A DNA stretch of 64,000 bases from Candidatus Aenigmatarchaeota archaeon (GTDB lineage: Archaea > Aenigmatarchaeota > Aenigmatarchaeia > QMZP01 > QMZT01). The stretch is taken from contig JBGPQP010000001.1 of the NCBI GenBank assembly GCA_041489155.1, positions 32,001 to 96,000 of the forward strand, given 5' to 3'. The notes below the pieces were generated by a model. The model saw only the letters and a list, made by a program, of their open reading frames with translations. It ran no database searches and was not told the DNA's origin. The translations under genes and the position numbers were made by a program. This document shows positions 27,355 to 36,797 of the stretch, in pieces (within the stretch, counting starts at the first letter, position 1; the number at the start of each line of letters is the position of its first letter).

Positions 27355-28761
27355 TTATCCTTTGCATACGCCAACAGGCACCGCTCTTGCAACTTTGAGC
27401 GAGATGCCGATGCCGTGCACGCTTTCTATCACGTCGTCGACGTTTTTGTAGGCATCAGGCGCTTCCTCAGCTAAGACCATGGGATGGGTTGACTGCGCAA
27501 TTATGCCCTTCCTAGCAAGGTCTTCCTTGACCTTGCCGCCCCAGAACCTCTTTATGGCATCATTCCTCGACATCGCTCTTCCTGCACCGTGCACGGTCGA
27601 GCCGAACGCCTTTTCCATCGATTTCTCGGTTCCCTTGAGCAGATAGCTTGAAGTGCCCATGGTACCGGCAATAAGCACCGGATCGCCGGGAAAGCTCCTT
27701 GTCGAGCCTTTACGGTGCACATAAACCTTGCGCTTCTTTTCCTCGATCTTGTGCTCCTCAACTTTCACGACGTTATGACAGAGGCCGTAAACCGTATGCA
27801 TATCCATCGCCTCCCAATTCTTATGAAAAACTTTTTCAAACGTCTCGCGAATCCACTGGGTCATCACCAAACGGTTTGTAAAGGAATAATTCACGGCGCA
27901 TTTCATGGCTGAAAAATAATCCAGGCCTTCCGGCGATTTCGCAGGCGCGCAGGCGAGCTGCCTGTCAGGAAGCCATATCTTGTATTTGTCGACCGCTTCC
28001 TCCTGAATTTTTAGGTAATCTGTCGCCACTTGGTGACCAAGACCGCGCGAACCGCAGTGAAGCATTATCAGTACCTGATCCTGATTTCTAATGCCCCATT
28101 TTTTTGCAGTTTCTGCGTCGTAAATATCAGTGACCCTCTGCACTTCAAGGAAATGGTTTCCTGCACCCAGCGTACCGAGCTGCTGAAGGCCACGCTGCCT
28201 TGCAAGAGGCGAAACCTTTTTCGGGTCCCCGCCGTTCATGCATCCCTTCTCTTCCATGTGTTCCTTGTCATCGGCGATGCCATAACCGTTCTCTATTGCC
28301 CAGTTCACGCCGCGCGTCAGGACCTGATCAAGCTGGTCGCTCGTCAGCTTAAGCGTGCCCTTCGCCCCGACGCCACAGGGTATCTTTTTGAAAAGCGATG
28401 ATATGAGCTCGTTTAGCTTTGGTTTCAGTTCGCTGTAAGTCAGATTGGTCCTTATCGAATTGACGCCGCAGTTGATGTCAAAGCCACATAGGCCGGACGA
28501 TATTATGCCGTCCTCGAAATCAAAAGCGCTCACCGCTCCCATCGGCAGGCCGTATCCCCAGTGCATGTCCGGCAGGCCGATAACAGGCTCTATCACGCCG
28601 GGCAGGCAGGCGACATTCGTAAGCTGTTCTACAGCCGCGTTTTCAAGACCATCAATCACCTTTTTGTTGCCTATGATCTTCGCCTTGACGTTCATCCTTG
28701 GTCTAACGTTTTTTTCCAGTTCCCATTCGTAAGGCGAAATCTGCTTCAGTTTTTCTTTCAT
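27355..28761 (-). CDS. rtcB: tRNA-splicing ligase RtcB
   Basis: LPDMHWGYG, GFDINCG, GTLGAGNHFLE, HCGSRGLGH, HN, HRKG, STVHGAGR, EEAPDAYK. Confidence 0.97.
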   Translation of the reverse strand: MKEKLKQISPYEWELEKNVRPRMNVKAKIIGNKKVIDGLENAAVEQLTNVACLPGVIEPVIGLPDMHWGYGLPMGAVSAFDFEDGIISSGLCGFDINCGVNSIRTNLTYSELKPKLNELISSLFKKIPCGVGAKGTLKLTSDQLDQVLTRGVNWAIENGYGIADDKEHMEEKGCMNGGDPKKVSPLARQRGLQQLGTLGAGNHFLEVQRVTDIYDAETAKKWGIRNQDQVLIMLHCGSRGLGHQVATDYLKIQEEAVDKYKIWLPDRQLACAPAKSPEGLDYFSAMKCAVNYSFTNRLVMTQWIRETFEKVFHKNWEAMDMHTVYGLCHNVVKVEEHKIEEKKRKVYVHRKGSTRSFPGDPVLIAGTMGTSSYLLKGTEKSMEKAFGSTVHGAGRAMSRNDAIKRFWGGKVKEDLARKGIIAQSTHPMVLAEEAPDAYKNVDDVIESVHGIGISLKVARAVPVGVCKG

Positions 28762-28857
28762 CTCTATCCCTCCAAGAACTATCTGTCTATGTTATTAATA
28801 TTTAAAAATTTTTCTTATATAGGAATAACCAATATATTATAATTGTTGGCAGGTGAG

Positions 28858-29115
28858 ATGATGTCGAGGAAACAGTTCTACAAAAGGGGTTGGCACCACA
28901 CGAAGACCAGGGGGAAGGAGACCAATGTAACATGCGGTTTTTGCGGAAGAATGGTTCCTAAATACAAAACCTTCGCAGTCTTCAGGGGCTTCTCAATATC
29001 AGACCCTTCGCTCAGGAAAGAGCTCGGAGGGAGAAATTTTTCGCTCTCCTCCACAAAAATTTACGCATGCCCCTCGTGTGCCAGACATAGAAGAATAATA
29101 AAAAAGAAAAGATAG
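28858..29115 (+). CDS. rps26e: 30S ribosomal protein eS26
   Basis: Basic N-terminus, RG..VTCGFCGRMVPKYK, DPSLRKEL, TKIYACPSCARHRRIIK (eS26 two-CxxC pattern); AGGTGA SD. Confidence 0.8.
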   Translation: MMSRKQFYKRGWHHTKTRGKETNVTCGFCGRMVPKYKTFAVFRGFSISDPSLRKELGGRNFSLSSTKIYACPSCARHRRIIKKKR

Positions 29116-29127
29116 TGGTGTTTTGTA

Positions 29128-30813
29128 ATGGGTTTCAGGGGGAAGTTGAGGGAAAAAATAGTCAACATAAGAAAATTCAGCAAAATAGAGTATCCGCATT
29201 TGGAAATAAGGGAGCCAAAAAATTTCATCATATTCCCTTCTTTCAAGAAGCCTTCTGAGATAGACATAAAATATCCTCTCCTCGAGCCATTTGTTTATGC
29301 ACACATAAGATGGGAGCCACGCAAAAGGGGCCTTGTTTACGAGGTGGTAGAACCCTGTCTTTCCAATAACGAAAAAGAGATTCTGGAAACAATAAAGAAG
29401 GATCTACTCGAGATAATAGACGTGGAGCTTTCCGCAGTAAAGGAAGGCGGAAAGGTTCTGAAATATGTACAAGAAAAAATTGAGAAAATACTCGAAGAAG
29501 AGAACATGGTTTTGCCCAAGGAAACGTATGTCAAGATGATGTATTACATCTACAGGGATTTTGTCGGGTTCAACGAGATTGAAGGCCTTCTCCATGACCC
29601 TTACATTGAAGACATAGGCTGCCCTGGGCTGGATATACCTGTTTTTGTGGTGCACAGGAAGTTCGGTTCTGTAGAAACTAACATCGTTTTCACAGACAGC
29701 GGTTACTTTAACAATTTCGTTATCAAACTTGCGGAGCGCAGCGGCAGATATATTTCATATGCAAAACCCCTGCTGGACGGCTCCCTGCCAGATGGTTCAA
29801 GGGTGCAGGCAACACTCGCGAAGGATGTCACTACCAAAGGACCGACGTTCTCGATAAGAAAATTCAGGGTCGAGCCGTTTTCGCCGATAGACGTGATAAA
29901 CTTCAATACCGCCTCATCTGAAATAATGGCATACCTGTGGCTGATGGTGGAATCGAGGACTTCTACGCTGATATGCGGTGGCGTTTCGACTGGAAAGACT
30001 ACATTTCTGAACGTAATGGGCATGTTCATACCTCCGGAGGACAAGATTGTCTCGATAGAAGACACCCGCGAACTGAACCTACAGCATGAAAACTGGATAC
30101 CAAGCGTTTCCAGGGTGGGCTTCGGCGTGCCTGAAATAGGCGGCAAAAGATACGGCGAAGTAACGCTTTTCGAGTTGCTCAAGGAATCCTTCAGGCAGAA
30201 TCCGGATTATGTTATCGTGGGCGAGGTGAGGGGAAAGGAAGCTTACGTGATGTTCCAGGGGATGGCAAGCGGGCACCCATCGATGGGGACCATACACGCG
30301 GGATCTGTCGAAGACGTCATAAAGCGCCTGGAAATGCCGCCAATCGAGCTTTCTCCTAGCCTCATAGAGACATTGGACATCGTGGTGGTCATGACACATG
30401 CAAAGGAAAGGGGCAAGTCCGCGAGAAGGGTAAAGGAAATCGATGAAATAGAATCCATAGACCCTAAAACAGGGACTGCCCATAACATAAAGATTTTTTC
30501 CTGGAACCCGTCCTCAGATACCTACTCCACAAATCTTGACGAATCCTATCTGACGAAAAAGATGGCCTTCGAGAAGGGCATAACCTATGAGGAAATGATG
30601 AAGGAAATGAGGAAACGCGAGAAAATACTTGAATGGATGAGAAAATTCGGGGTGACGAATTTCGACGATGTGGCAAAAATGATCAATCTCTATTGCAAGG
30701 AGCCTTCCATAGTGATGGAATGGGTTGAAAAAGGAGTCCCGCCCTACAAGACAAAGGCCAAGGAAGCGAGTAAAATACTACAATCCTTCAGCGGCCTGAG
30801 GGTAATCGAGTGA
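29128..30813 (+). CDS. Type II/IV secretion ATPase (VirB11/ArlI family), pilus assembly ATPase 2
   Basis: LPDGSRVQAT, Walker A GGVSTGKT, SIEDTRE, RQNPDYVIVGEVRG, GHPSMGTIHA. Confidence 0.95.
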   Translation: MGFRGKLREKIVNIRKFSKIEYPHLEIREPKNFIIFPSFKKPSEIDIKYPLLEPFVYAHIRWEPRKRGLVYEVVEPCLSNNEKEILETIKKDLLEIIDVELSAVKEGGKVLKYVQEKIEKILEEENMVLPKETYVKMMYYIYRDFVGFNEIEGLLHDPYIEDIGCPGLDIPVFVVHRKFGSVETNIVFTDSGYFNNFVIKLAERSGRYISYAKPLLDGSLPDGSRVQATLAKDVTTKGPTFSIRKFRVEPFSPIDVINFNTASSEIMAYLWLMVESRTSTLICGGVSTGKTTFLNVMGMFIPPEDKIVSIEDTRELNLQHENWIPSVSRVGFGVPEIGGKRYGEVTLFELLKESFRQNPDYVIVGEVRGKEAYVMFQGMASGHPSMGTIHAGSVEDVIKRLEMPPIELSPSLIETLDIVVVMTHAKERGKSARRVKEIDEIESIDPKTGTAHNIKIFSWNPSSDTYSTNLDESYLTKKMAFEKGITYEEMMKEMRKREKILEWMRKFGVTNFDDVAKMINLYCKEPSIVMEWVEKGVPPYKTKAKEASKILQSFSGLRVIE

Positions 30814-30868
30814 AGTTTAAACATAGACTTTTATAACTATTCCTCAATCTTTATTCAGGGGTTTTAAT

Positions 30869-31900
30869 ATGTTTTCCGTGAAAGAGATGGTGAAGGAGAT
30901 TTCAAAGGCATCAGGCCTTAGTGAAGATGACGTGAAACATAAAATAGAGGACAAACAGCTTGAGCTTTCGGGGCTTGTTTCACCGGAGGGGGCGGCCTAC
31001 ATCGTAGGCAAGGAGCTGGGAGCGAATCTCCTGGGAGAAACGGTTAACAGAAGGCTCAAAATCAAAAATGTCACCCCTGGCCTGAGATCCGCGGACATAA
31101 CCGGAAGAATCATAAGAATTTCGAACAGGAGAGATTTCGAAAAAGACGGGAAGACAAAGGGTGTCGTGAATCTCGACATAGGTGACGAGACAGGGACGAT
31201 AAAGTTCTCTTTGTGGGACAATGAAATAGAATTGCTTAGCAGGCTTGGTGTGGGAGAAGGCGATGCCATCGACATAAGGAACGGGTATGTGAAAGAAACG
31301 AACACTGGCAATGTTGAAATACGCCTTGGAAGAAAGGGCAGATTTAGCAAATCAGAACTTAAAATAGCTGAATTGGACGAGATTAAAAAGAGTTTCGAAG
31401 CCGTGAAGGCGAAGAAAATAAGCGAACTGAGGGAAGCCGAATACGATGAAATCAGGGCCTCACTGGTTCAGATTTTCAGGCGCCATCCGTTCTTCGAGGT
31501 ATGCCCCAAATGCGAATCACGCATCGAGAATGTTGATGGGGTCTGGAAATGCAAGGAGCACGATAGTGTTGAACCAAAATACAATCTGGTGCTCTCGGGC
31601 GTGCTTGACGATGGTTCGGGTAACATACGCGTTGTTTTCTTCCGCGAACTTGCCGAAAAGGTTTTCGGCATGGATGCGAATACGCTTCAAAAAATGGCAA
31701 AAGGTAAAGGCGGCGATGAGGAAATATACGAAAAACTTCAATTGGGGAAGGAGCTCGTAATAAGAGGCAGGGTTAAGAAAAACCAGGTTACAGAGAAGCT
31801 GGAACTTGTTGCCAGCGACGTGGAAGAAGTAGATCCGAAAAGAGAATCTGAAAAACTTGTCAAGGAAATAGAGGGATTAAAGATTAAAAATCTAAGATGA
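30869..31900 (+). CDS. rpa: Replication protein A (OB folds plus zinc finger)
   Basis: LSGLVSPEGAAYIVGKELG N-domain, IGDETGTIKFSLW, CPKC...CKEH, LDDGSGNIRVVFF; upstream of radA. Confidence 0.88.
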   Translation: MFSVKEMVKEISKASGLSEDDVKHKIEDKQLELSGLVSPEGAAYIVGKELGANLLGETVNRRLKIKNVTPGLRSADITGRIIRISNRRDFEKDGKTKGVVNLDIGDETGTIKFSLWDNEIELLSRLGVGEGDAIDIRNGYVKETNTGNVEIRLGRKGRFSKSELKIAELDEIKKSFEAVKAKKISELREAEYDEIRASLVQIFRRHPFFEVCPKCESRIENVDGVWKCKEHDSVEPKYNLVLSGVLDDGSGNIRVVFFRELAEKVFGMDANTLQKMAKGKGGDEEIYEKLQLGKELVIRGRVKKNQVTEKLELVASDVEEVDPKRESEKLVKEIEGLKIKNLR

Positions 31901-31929
31901 AATATAAATTCCCTGAGTGAGGTGTTGGT

Positions 31930-32874
31930 ATGACAAAGGATGATATTGAGAGTCTGCCAGGTGTGGGCGAAAAAACTCTTGAAAAATTCATAGAAGCTGG
32001 TTATGATAACCTGATGGGCATAGCCGCTGCTTCTGCGGGCGAGCTTGTGGCCGCGACCGGAATAGGCGTGGACACTGCAAATAAGATAATAACTGCCGCG
32101 CGGCAAAGGATGAAAATGGGGTTTGAGACAGCGAAGGACGTTATGAAGAAGCGAGAGAAGGTAGGGAGGATAACCACGTGTTCGAAGTCTCTTGACACGC
32201 TTCTTGGTGGCGGCATCGAAACCCAGGCCATAACAGAAATGTACGGTGCTTTTGGTTCCGGTAAATCGCAACTTGCGCACCAGCTTTCCGTTTCGGTCCA
32301 GCTTCCGAAGGAAAAGGGTGGTTTGGGGGGAAAGGCGATATTCATAGACACGGAGCAAACCTTCAGGCCGGAAAGGGTGAAGCAGATGGCAGATGGGCTT
32401 GGTTTGGATCCGGAGAAAACCATGGAAAACATATTCGTCGCCAGAGCTTACAACTCTGACCACCAGGTCATTCTTTTGGACAGCGCAGAAGATATAATAA
32501 AGAAGGAGGGCAGCATAAAACTGATAGTAATCGACTCCCTTACATCATCCTTCAGATCAGAATACGCTGGGAGAGGAACGCTCGCGGACCGCCAGCAAAA
32601 GCTTAACAGGCACCTCCACCAGCTTCAAAAACTTGCAGACGTTTACAATCTGGCAGTTTACGTTACAAACCAAGTGATGTCTAGGCCGGACGTGCTTTTT
32701 GGAGACCCGACTGCTCCAATTGGAGGCCACATCGTGGGTCATCAGGCAACGTATAGGGTATACCTGCGAAAGTCGAAAGAAGACAAGAGGATAGCGAAAT
32801 TGATAGATTCCCCGAACCTCCCGGAAGGTGAGACCGTGTTCAGAGTGTTGCTCGAAGGAGTGAGAGATATTTAA
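31930..32874 (+). CDS. radA: DNA repair and recombination protein RadA
   Basis: Hh[44 protein letters not shown]; no intein. Confidence 0.98.
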   Translation: MTKDDIESLPGVGEKTLEKFIEAGYDNLMGIAAASAGELVAATGIGVDTANKIITAARQRMKMGFETAKDVMKKREKVGRITTCSKSLDTLLGGGIETQAITEMYGAFGSGKSQLAHQLSVSVQLPKEKGGLGGKAIFIDTEQTFRPERVKQMADGLGLDPEKTMENIFVARAYNSDHQVILLDSAEDIIKKEGSIKLIVIDSLTSSFRSEYAGRGTLADRQQKLNRHLHQLQKLADVYNLAVYVTNQVMSRPDVLFGDPTAPIGGHIVGHQATYRVYLRKSKEDKRIAKLIDSPNLPEGETVFRVLLEGVRDI

Positions 32875-33173
32875 AAAGTGAGACTTCGCAGCTTAAGGAA
32901 CCTCAGAGCCTGCTCTTTTGTCATTTTCGGATTCTTCAGCCTCACGAATTTTATCTTGAGACCGACCTCATCGAAACCTTCAGGGATTGAAATTTCGACA
33001 TACGGAGCCATATAAATGTCCAATGTTCTTGAAACGGTCCATTTGTGAAGCCCTGTAAGCCTCGAGATTTTTGAAATTGTTAAAATCTCTCCCCCGGCTT
33101 CGGCCTCTTTTAGAAGATTGAAGACCTGCATAACGTTTTTTAAAGTTTTCTTATAGTAATCCTTCTTTGCCAT
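32871..33173 (-). CDS. Small winged-helix DNA-binding protein
   Basis: [24 protein letters not shown]. Confidence 0.7.
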   Translation of the reverse strand: MAKKDYYKKTLKNVMQVFNLLKEAEAGGEILTISKISRLTGLHKWTVSRTLDIYMAPYVEISIPEGFDEVGLKIKFVRLKNPKMTKEQALRFLKLRSLTF

Positions 33174-33240
33174 GATATATATTTGACGGGGTCAAAATTT
33201 ATATCTATTTTCTTCTAGAAAAGGAGGAAAATATAAAGAT

Positions 33241-33504
33241 TTACATTATGTCCTTTTCGGATACTATGACGAAGTCCCCCACGGATTTGACCGCAGAGAA
33301 TGGTACCAGCGTGCGTCCTTTGTCATCTTCCTGCAGGTTGAGTTCACCAGCATGCTTCGTTGGTTGAACTAGGACCAGATTGATGAGTTCTCCAGATTCA
33401 ACAATGTAATCAAGATCGCCTACCACTCCGAATTTCTTTCCGCTTTCCTCCGAAATGAGTATCTTACCTATAAGGTCCCTGCTTCTTACTCTTTCTTCTG
33501 ACAT
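33241..33504 (-). CDS. PRC-barrel domain protein
   Basis: LIGKILISEESGKKFGVVGDL...SGELINLVL...LVPFSAVKSVGDFVIV. Confidence 0.9.
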   Translation of the reverse strand: MSEERVRSRDLIGKILISEESGKKFGVVGDLDYIVESGELINLVLVQPTKHAGELNLQEDDKGRTLVPFSAVKSVGDFVIVSEKDIM

Positions 33505-33553
33505 AAAAACCCTCCCTCGATAATGATATTATTAAAGTGTGATATTTAAAAAT

Positions 33554-34645
33554 TTATGCATGAACCATAAGGGTTCTTATCTTTTCAGATAATACATACT
33601 GGTAGCTTTTGCCTCTTTTCTTTCTTATGATAGTTGCGTCTTTCACAAGCCTTTTAAGAATGTTGTTTATGGACCGTATCGCATTATCCTTGCTCTTGTA
33701 GTCGCCCATGTCCATTTTCTCAACGATTTCCGTCGGTGTCAGCTCTCCGTATTTCCATAATATTTCGATTATATTCCTTTGTTTTGACGGCAGAGATTTC
33801 AGGGAACCGAATGAGGTTCTTCGAGAATGGCTAATGTGTGTTTCGAATTCTGCATCTCTCATGAAGTTCATGTCAACAGTAGAGATGTTGTCCACAAGTG
33901 CCTTGTTCACCAAATCGTTGCACATCCTTATAACTTCACGCGGGAAGCCTCCTGTTTTTTCGTATATCATTTCTACTGTTTCCGAAGTGAACGGCTTTAT
34001 GTCTTCGCCACCAACGTGTTCTATCCTTCTTTTTATAAGCTCCCTGATTTCTGATTTTGTAAGATTTATGAGTTCAACCTTTGTGTTGGCCCTTCTCATG
34101 AATGTTTCAAGTCTGTCTCTCAGAATAGGTTCTAGTGTAGGCAGACCTGCAATTACAACAGATAGATTGTCTATCTGGTCGGTAAGAGTTCTAAGCCACT
34201 CTAGCGTTTCCGTGCTTGCCTCATGGCCTTCATCCACGAGAAGAACGGCTTTTTTATTCTTCATTTTTTCGTTCACCCATTCACTGAGATTGTAAATGTT
34301 TATGTTTTTGCTGCGTGAAAATAATCTTTCGAGTGTTCCTACGTGTATGAAGTTGGTGAAAATCTTCACCCAGTCGTCTGGATTGCTCGGTGGTTTCGAA
34401 AGGTAAAATATTTTTCTGTGTTTTTCGAACCTATTCGTCAAAAACTTCAAGAGCGTTGTTTTTCCTGATCCCGTTGGGCCTATTAATATTGACAATTTGT
34501 CATTGTTTTGTATACTGGTTGACAATTTTTCTGTCTCTCTGCTATATCCTACGATTAAATCCGGAAGTATCTTGAAACTGAAGGGGTTTTCTCTCCAGCT
34601 AAATACCTTCATATATTTTTCATCTAACTTCATTTCCAAATTCAT
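33554..34645 (-). CDS. ExeA/GspA-like AAA+ ATPase with C-terminal winged helix
   Basis: WRENPF, GPTGSGKT, LLVDEGH, TGGFPRE, C-terminal ELTPTEIVE...LKRLVKDATIIRKKRGKSYQY. Confidence 0.85.
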   Translation of the reverse strand: MNLEMKLDEKYMKVFSWRENPFSFKILPDLIVGYSRETEKLSTSIQNNDKLSILIGPTGSGKTTLLKFLTNRFEKHRKIFYLSKPPSNPDDWVKIFTNFIHVGTLERLFSRSKNINIYNLSEWVNEKMKNKKAVLLVDEGHEASTETLEWLRTLTDQIDNLSVVIAGLPTLEPILRDRLETFMRRANTKVELINLTKSEIRELIKRRIEHVGGEDIKPFTSETVEMIYEKTGGFPREVIRMCNDLVNKALVDNISTVDMNFMRDAEFETHISHSRRTSFGSLKSLPSKQRNIIEILWKYGELTPTEIVEKMDMGDYKSKDNAIRSINNILKRLVKDATIIRKKRGKSYQYVLSEKIRTLMVHA

Positions 34646-34767
34646 AATTTCATATAATTAGGAAAGCTATTTAAATGCTTTTCGTGAAGTTGTGTGAACT
34701 TTGACTGAAAAAGGTCTATGTTTATACGTGATGAAAACAATTTATATAAGTTCTCCAAATTCATTTC

Positions 34768-35322
34768 ATGAGGTGCTTCATAGCTATAGACGTCGATGAA
34801 AAACTTTTTGATAAGATTACAGAACTGCAGAAAGGAATTAATAAACTGAATGTTGACGTGAAGCTTGTTGAACCTGAAAATCTTCATTTCACGGTTAAAT
34901 TTCTGGGGGACATGAATGAAGATGAAGTGAATGAAATTAAGAATTCGCTTGGCGAATGTCTTAAAAATGAACATGAATTTAAAATCAACATTACAGGCTT
35001 TAATTATTTTGGAAACCCGAGCTACATTAGAACTCTGTGGTTGGATGTGAAAGAAGGCCAAAATGAGCTTAAAAAACTGGTTCAAATGGTTAACGATTGT
35101 GTTAAAATAGGCAAACTTGAAGTTTTGCCTCATCTGACACTTGGAAGAGTGAAAAGTCCCATAAATAAAGATTATTTGATCAAGTTCATAAACGAGAATA
35201 AAAACGTGAAGATTGGTGAAATGAACGTGAACTACGTGAAATTAAAAGCGAGTACGCTTACGAAAAACGGTCCAGTATACAATAATTTGGCTGTTTTCAA
35301 CTTGGTGCCTTGTTATGAATGA
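34768..35322 (+). CDS. thpR: RNA 2',3'-cyclic phosphodiesterase (2H family, ThpR/LigT)
   Basis: MRCFIAID, two HxT motifs (LHFTVKFLG, PHLTLGR). Confidence 0.92.
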   Translation: MRCFIAIDVDEKLFDKITELQKGINKLNVDVKLVEPENLHFTVKFLGDMNEDEVNEIKNSLGECLKNEHEFKINITGFNYFGNPSYIRTLWLDVKEGQNELKKLVQMVNDCVKIGKLEVLPHLTLGRVKSPINKDYLIKFINENKNVKIGEMNVNYVKLKASTLTKNGPVYNNLAVFNLVPCYE

Positions 35323-35698
35323 GAAAAAACTAACGAAGATAAGTGCTGTTGGTGTGTGCATAAGCATAATAGCTCTGTATATTGTAACAAATCAAATCTT
35401 TTCAGTAAATGTGAATATTGGTGAAATTGACAAGTCATTCATCGGAAAGAGCGTTAATATAACAGGTACGGTGGTTGGCATAACAAAAAACAAGGGTAAT
35501 TTTTTCGTGGACCTTGAAGATGACACGGGCAAAATAAAATTGATATTGTGGGAGGATACTGCTGAATTGTTGCAATCAAACGGCATTGAAATCAACGAAC
35601 TGAACAAAGGTAACATTATTAACGTTGTGGGTGAGGTTCAGGTATACAGGGGCGAATTAGAAATTATACCTATAAGAGGAAATTTGAATTTTTTGTGA
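35315..35698 (+). CDS. Membrane-anchored OB-fold protein
   Basis: N-terminal TM; VNITGTV, LEDDTGKIKLILW, VVGEVQVYRGELEI. Confidence 0.8.
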   Translation: MNEKKLTKISAVGVCISIIALYIVTNQIFSVNVNIGEIDKSFIGKSVNITGTVVGITKNKGNFFVDLEDDTGKIKLILWEDTAELLQSNGIEINELNKGNIINVVGEVQVYRGELEIIPIRGNLNFL

Positions 35699-35699
35699 A

Positions 35700-36737
35700 C
35701 TAGAAACGTTCATGCGCAGTTTTGATAAGTTCTGTCACGAGTTTAATTATATCCTTCACATCATTCATATCCGAAACTTCTGTTGGTGTGTGAAGATAAC
35801 GTGAAGGTGCCAATATCGCTAGTGAGGGTATACCTTCTCTTATCATCGGTGTCATTGAAGCGTCAGTTGCACCTCCTGAAACAATGTCGAATTGTATCTT
35901 CATGTTGTTCTTTTTTGCAGTATCAACTACCCATTGTTTAACCTCATTTTGTATAATACTTATTGCATCTTTTATCATAAGAACCGGTCCTTCTCCAAGT
36001 TTTGCAGTGGCCTCATATGGTTTGATTTCAGGTGTATCGCCGGCTGTTGTTACATCAAGGGATATCACTATGTCAGGGTTTGTTGCAAATACAGAGCCCC
36101 TTATGCCTATAAGCCCTATTTCTTCTTTCACTGTTCCAACTGCATAAACTGTCCCTTTGAATTTAGTTTTCTTTAAATTTTTCATGACTTCTATTAATTC
36201 CAAGCATCCTATGCGATCATCGAATCCATATCCCGTTATTCTAGAACCACAAAGTTTGTCGAACTCGCCATAATTTGTTATGAAATCTCCTGTCCTGATA
36301 CCCATTTTTTCAACTTCTTTTTTGTTCTTTGCCCCCACATCTATGAACATTTCTGCTAACTTCACGGGCTTGTTCACGTCTTCTTTGTCTTGGAGGTGAA
36401 TTGGTTTTGAACCAATAACTCCTATGACGGGTCCCTTGGAGCTATGTATCTTGAATTTTTGCGAAAGAAGGATTTTGGGATCCCATCCTCCTATGGTTTC
36501 AAATCTTATGAAACCCTCATCGTCTATATATTTCACCATTAAACCTACTTCATCCATGTGGGCACTGAGCATTATTTTAGGAGAACCAGATCCTTTTCTG
36601 CATATCAAGTTACCTATTTTGTCAACTTTAAGTTCTTCAACATATGGTTTCAGTTCTTTAATCAGCACATCTCTTACGTTTTTTTCATCGCCGGAAATTG
36701 AAGGAGAATCTACAAGTTTTTTCAATGTTTCTTCCAT
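35700..36737 (-). CDS. M42 family (TET-like) aminopeptidase
   Basis: SAHMDEVG, FDDRIG, KEEIG, GGATDA, RYLHTPTE. Confidence 0.94.
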   Translation of the reverse strand: MEETLKKLVDSPSISGDEKNVRDVLIKELKPYVEELKVDKIGNLICRKGSGSPKIMLSAHMDEVGLMVKYIDDEGFIRFETIGGWDPKILLSQKFKIHSSKGPVIGVIGSKPIHLQDKEDVNKPVKLAEMFIDVGAKNKKEVEKMGIRTGDFITNYGEFDKLCGSRITGYGFDDRIGCLELIEVMKNLKKTKFKGTVYAVGTVKEEIGLIGIRGSVFATNPDIVISLDVTTAGDTPEIKPYEATAKLGEGPVLMIKDAISIIQNEVKQWVVDTAKKNNMKIQFDIVSGGATDASMTPMIREGIPSLAILAPSRYLHTPTEVSDMNDVKDIIKLVTELIKTAHERF

Positions 36738-36797
36738 ACGGACACCACCTACCTACTATCGACTAGATATAAAATATTGGTTTTCCGGTCTATAAAT

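Noticed and set aside
27355..32874. Inteins in RtcB or RadA
   Set aside because: Both have normal length and contiguous motifs.
33554..34645. TnsC-like transposon ATPase
   Set aside because: No transposase, TniQ or terminal repeats nearby.
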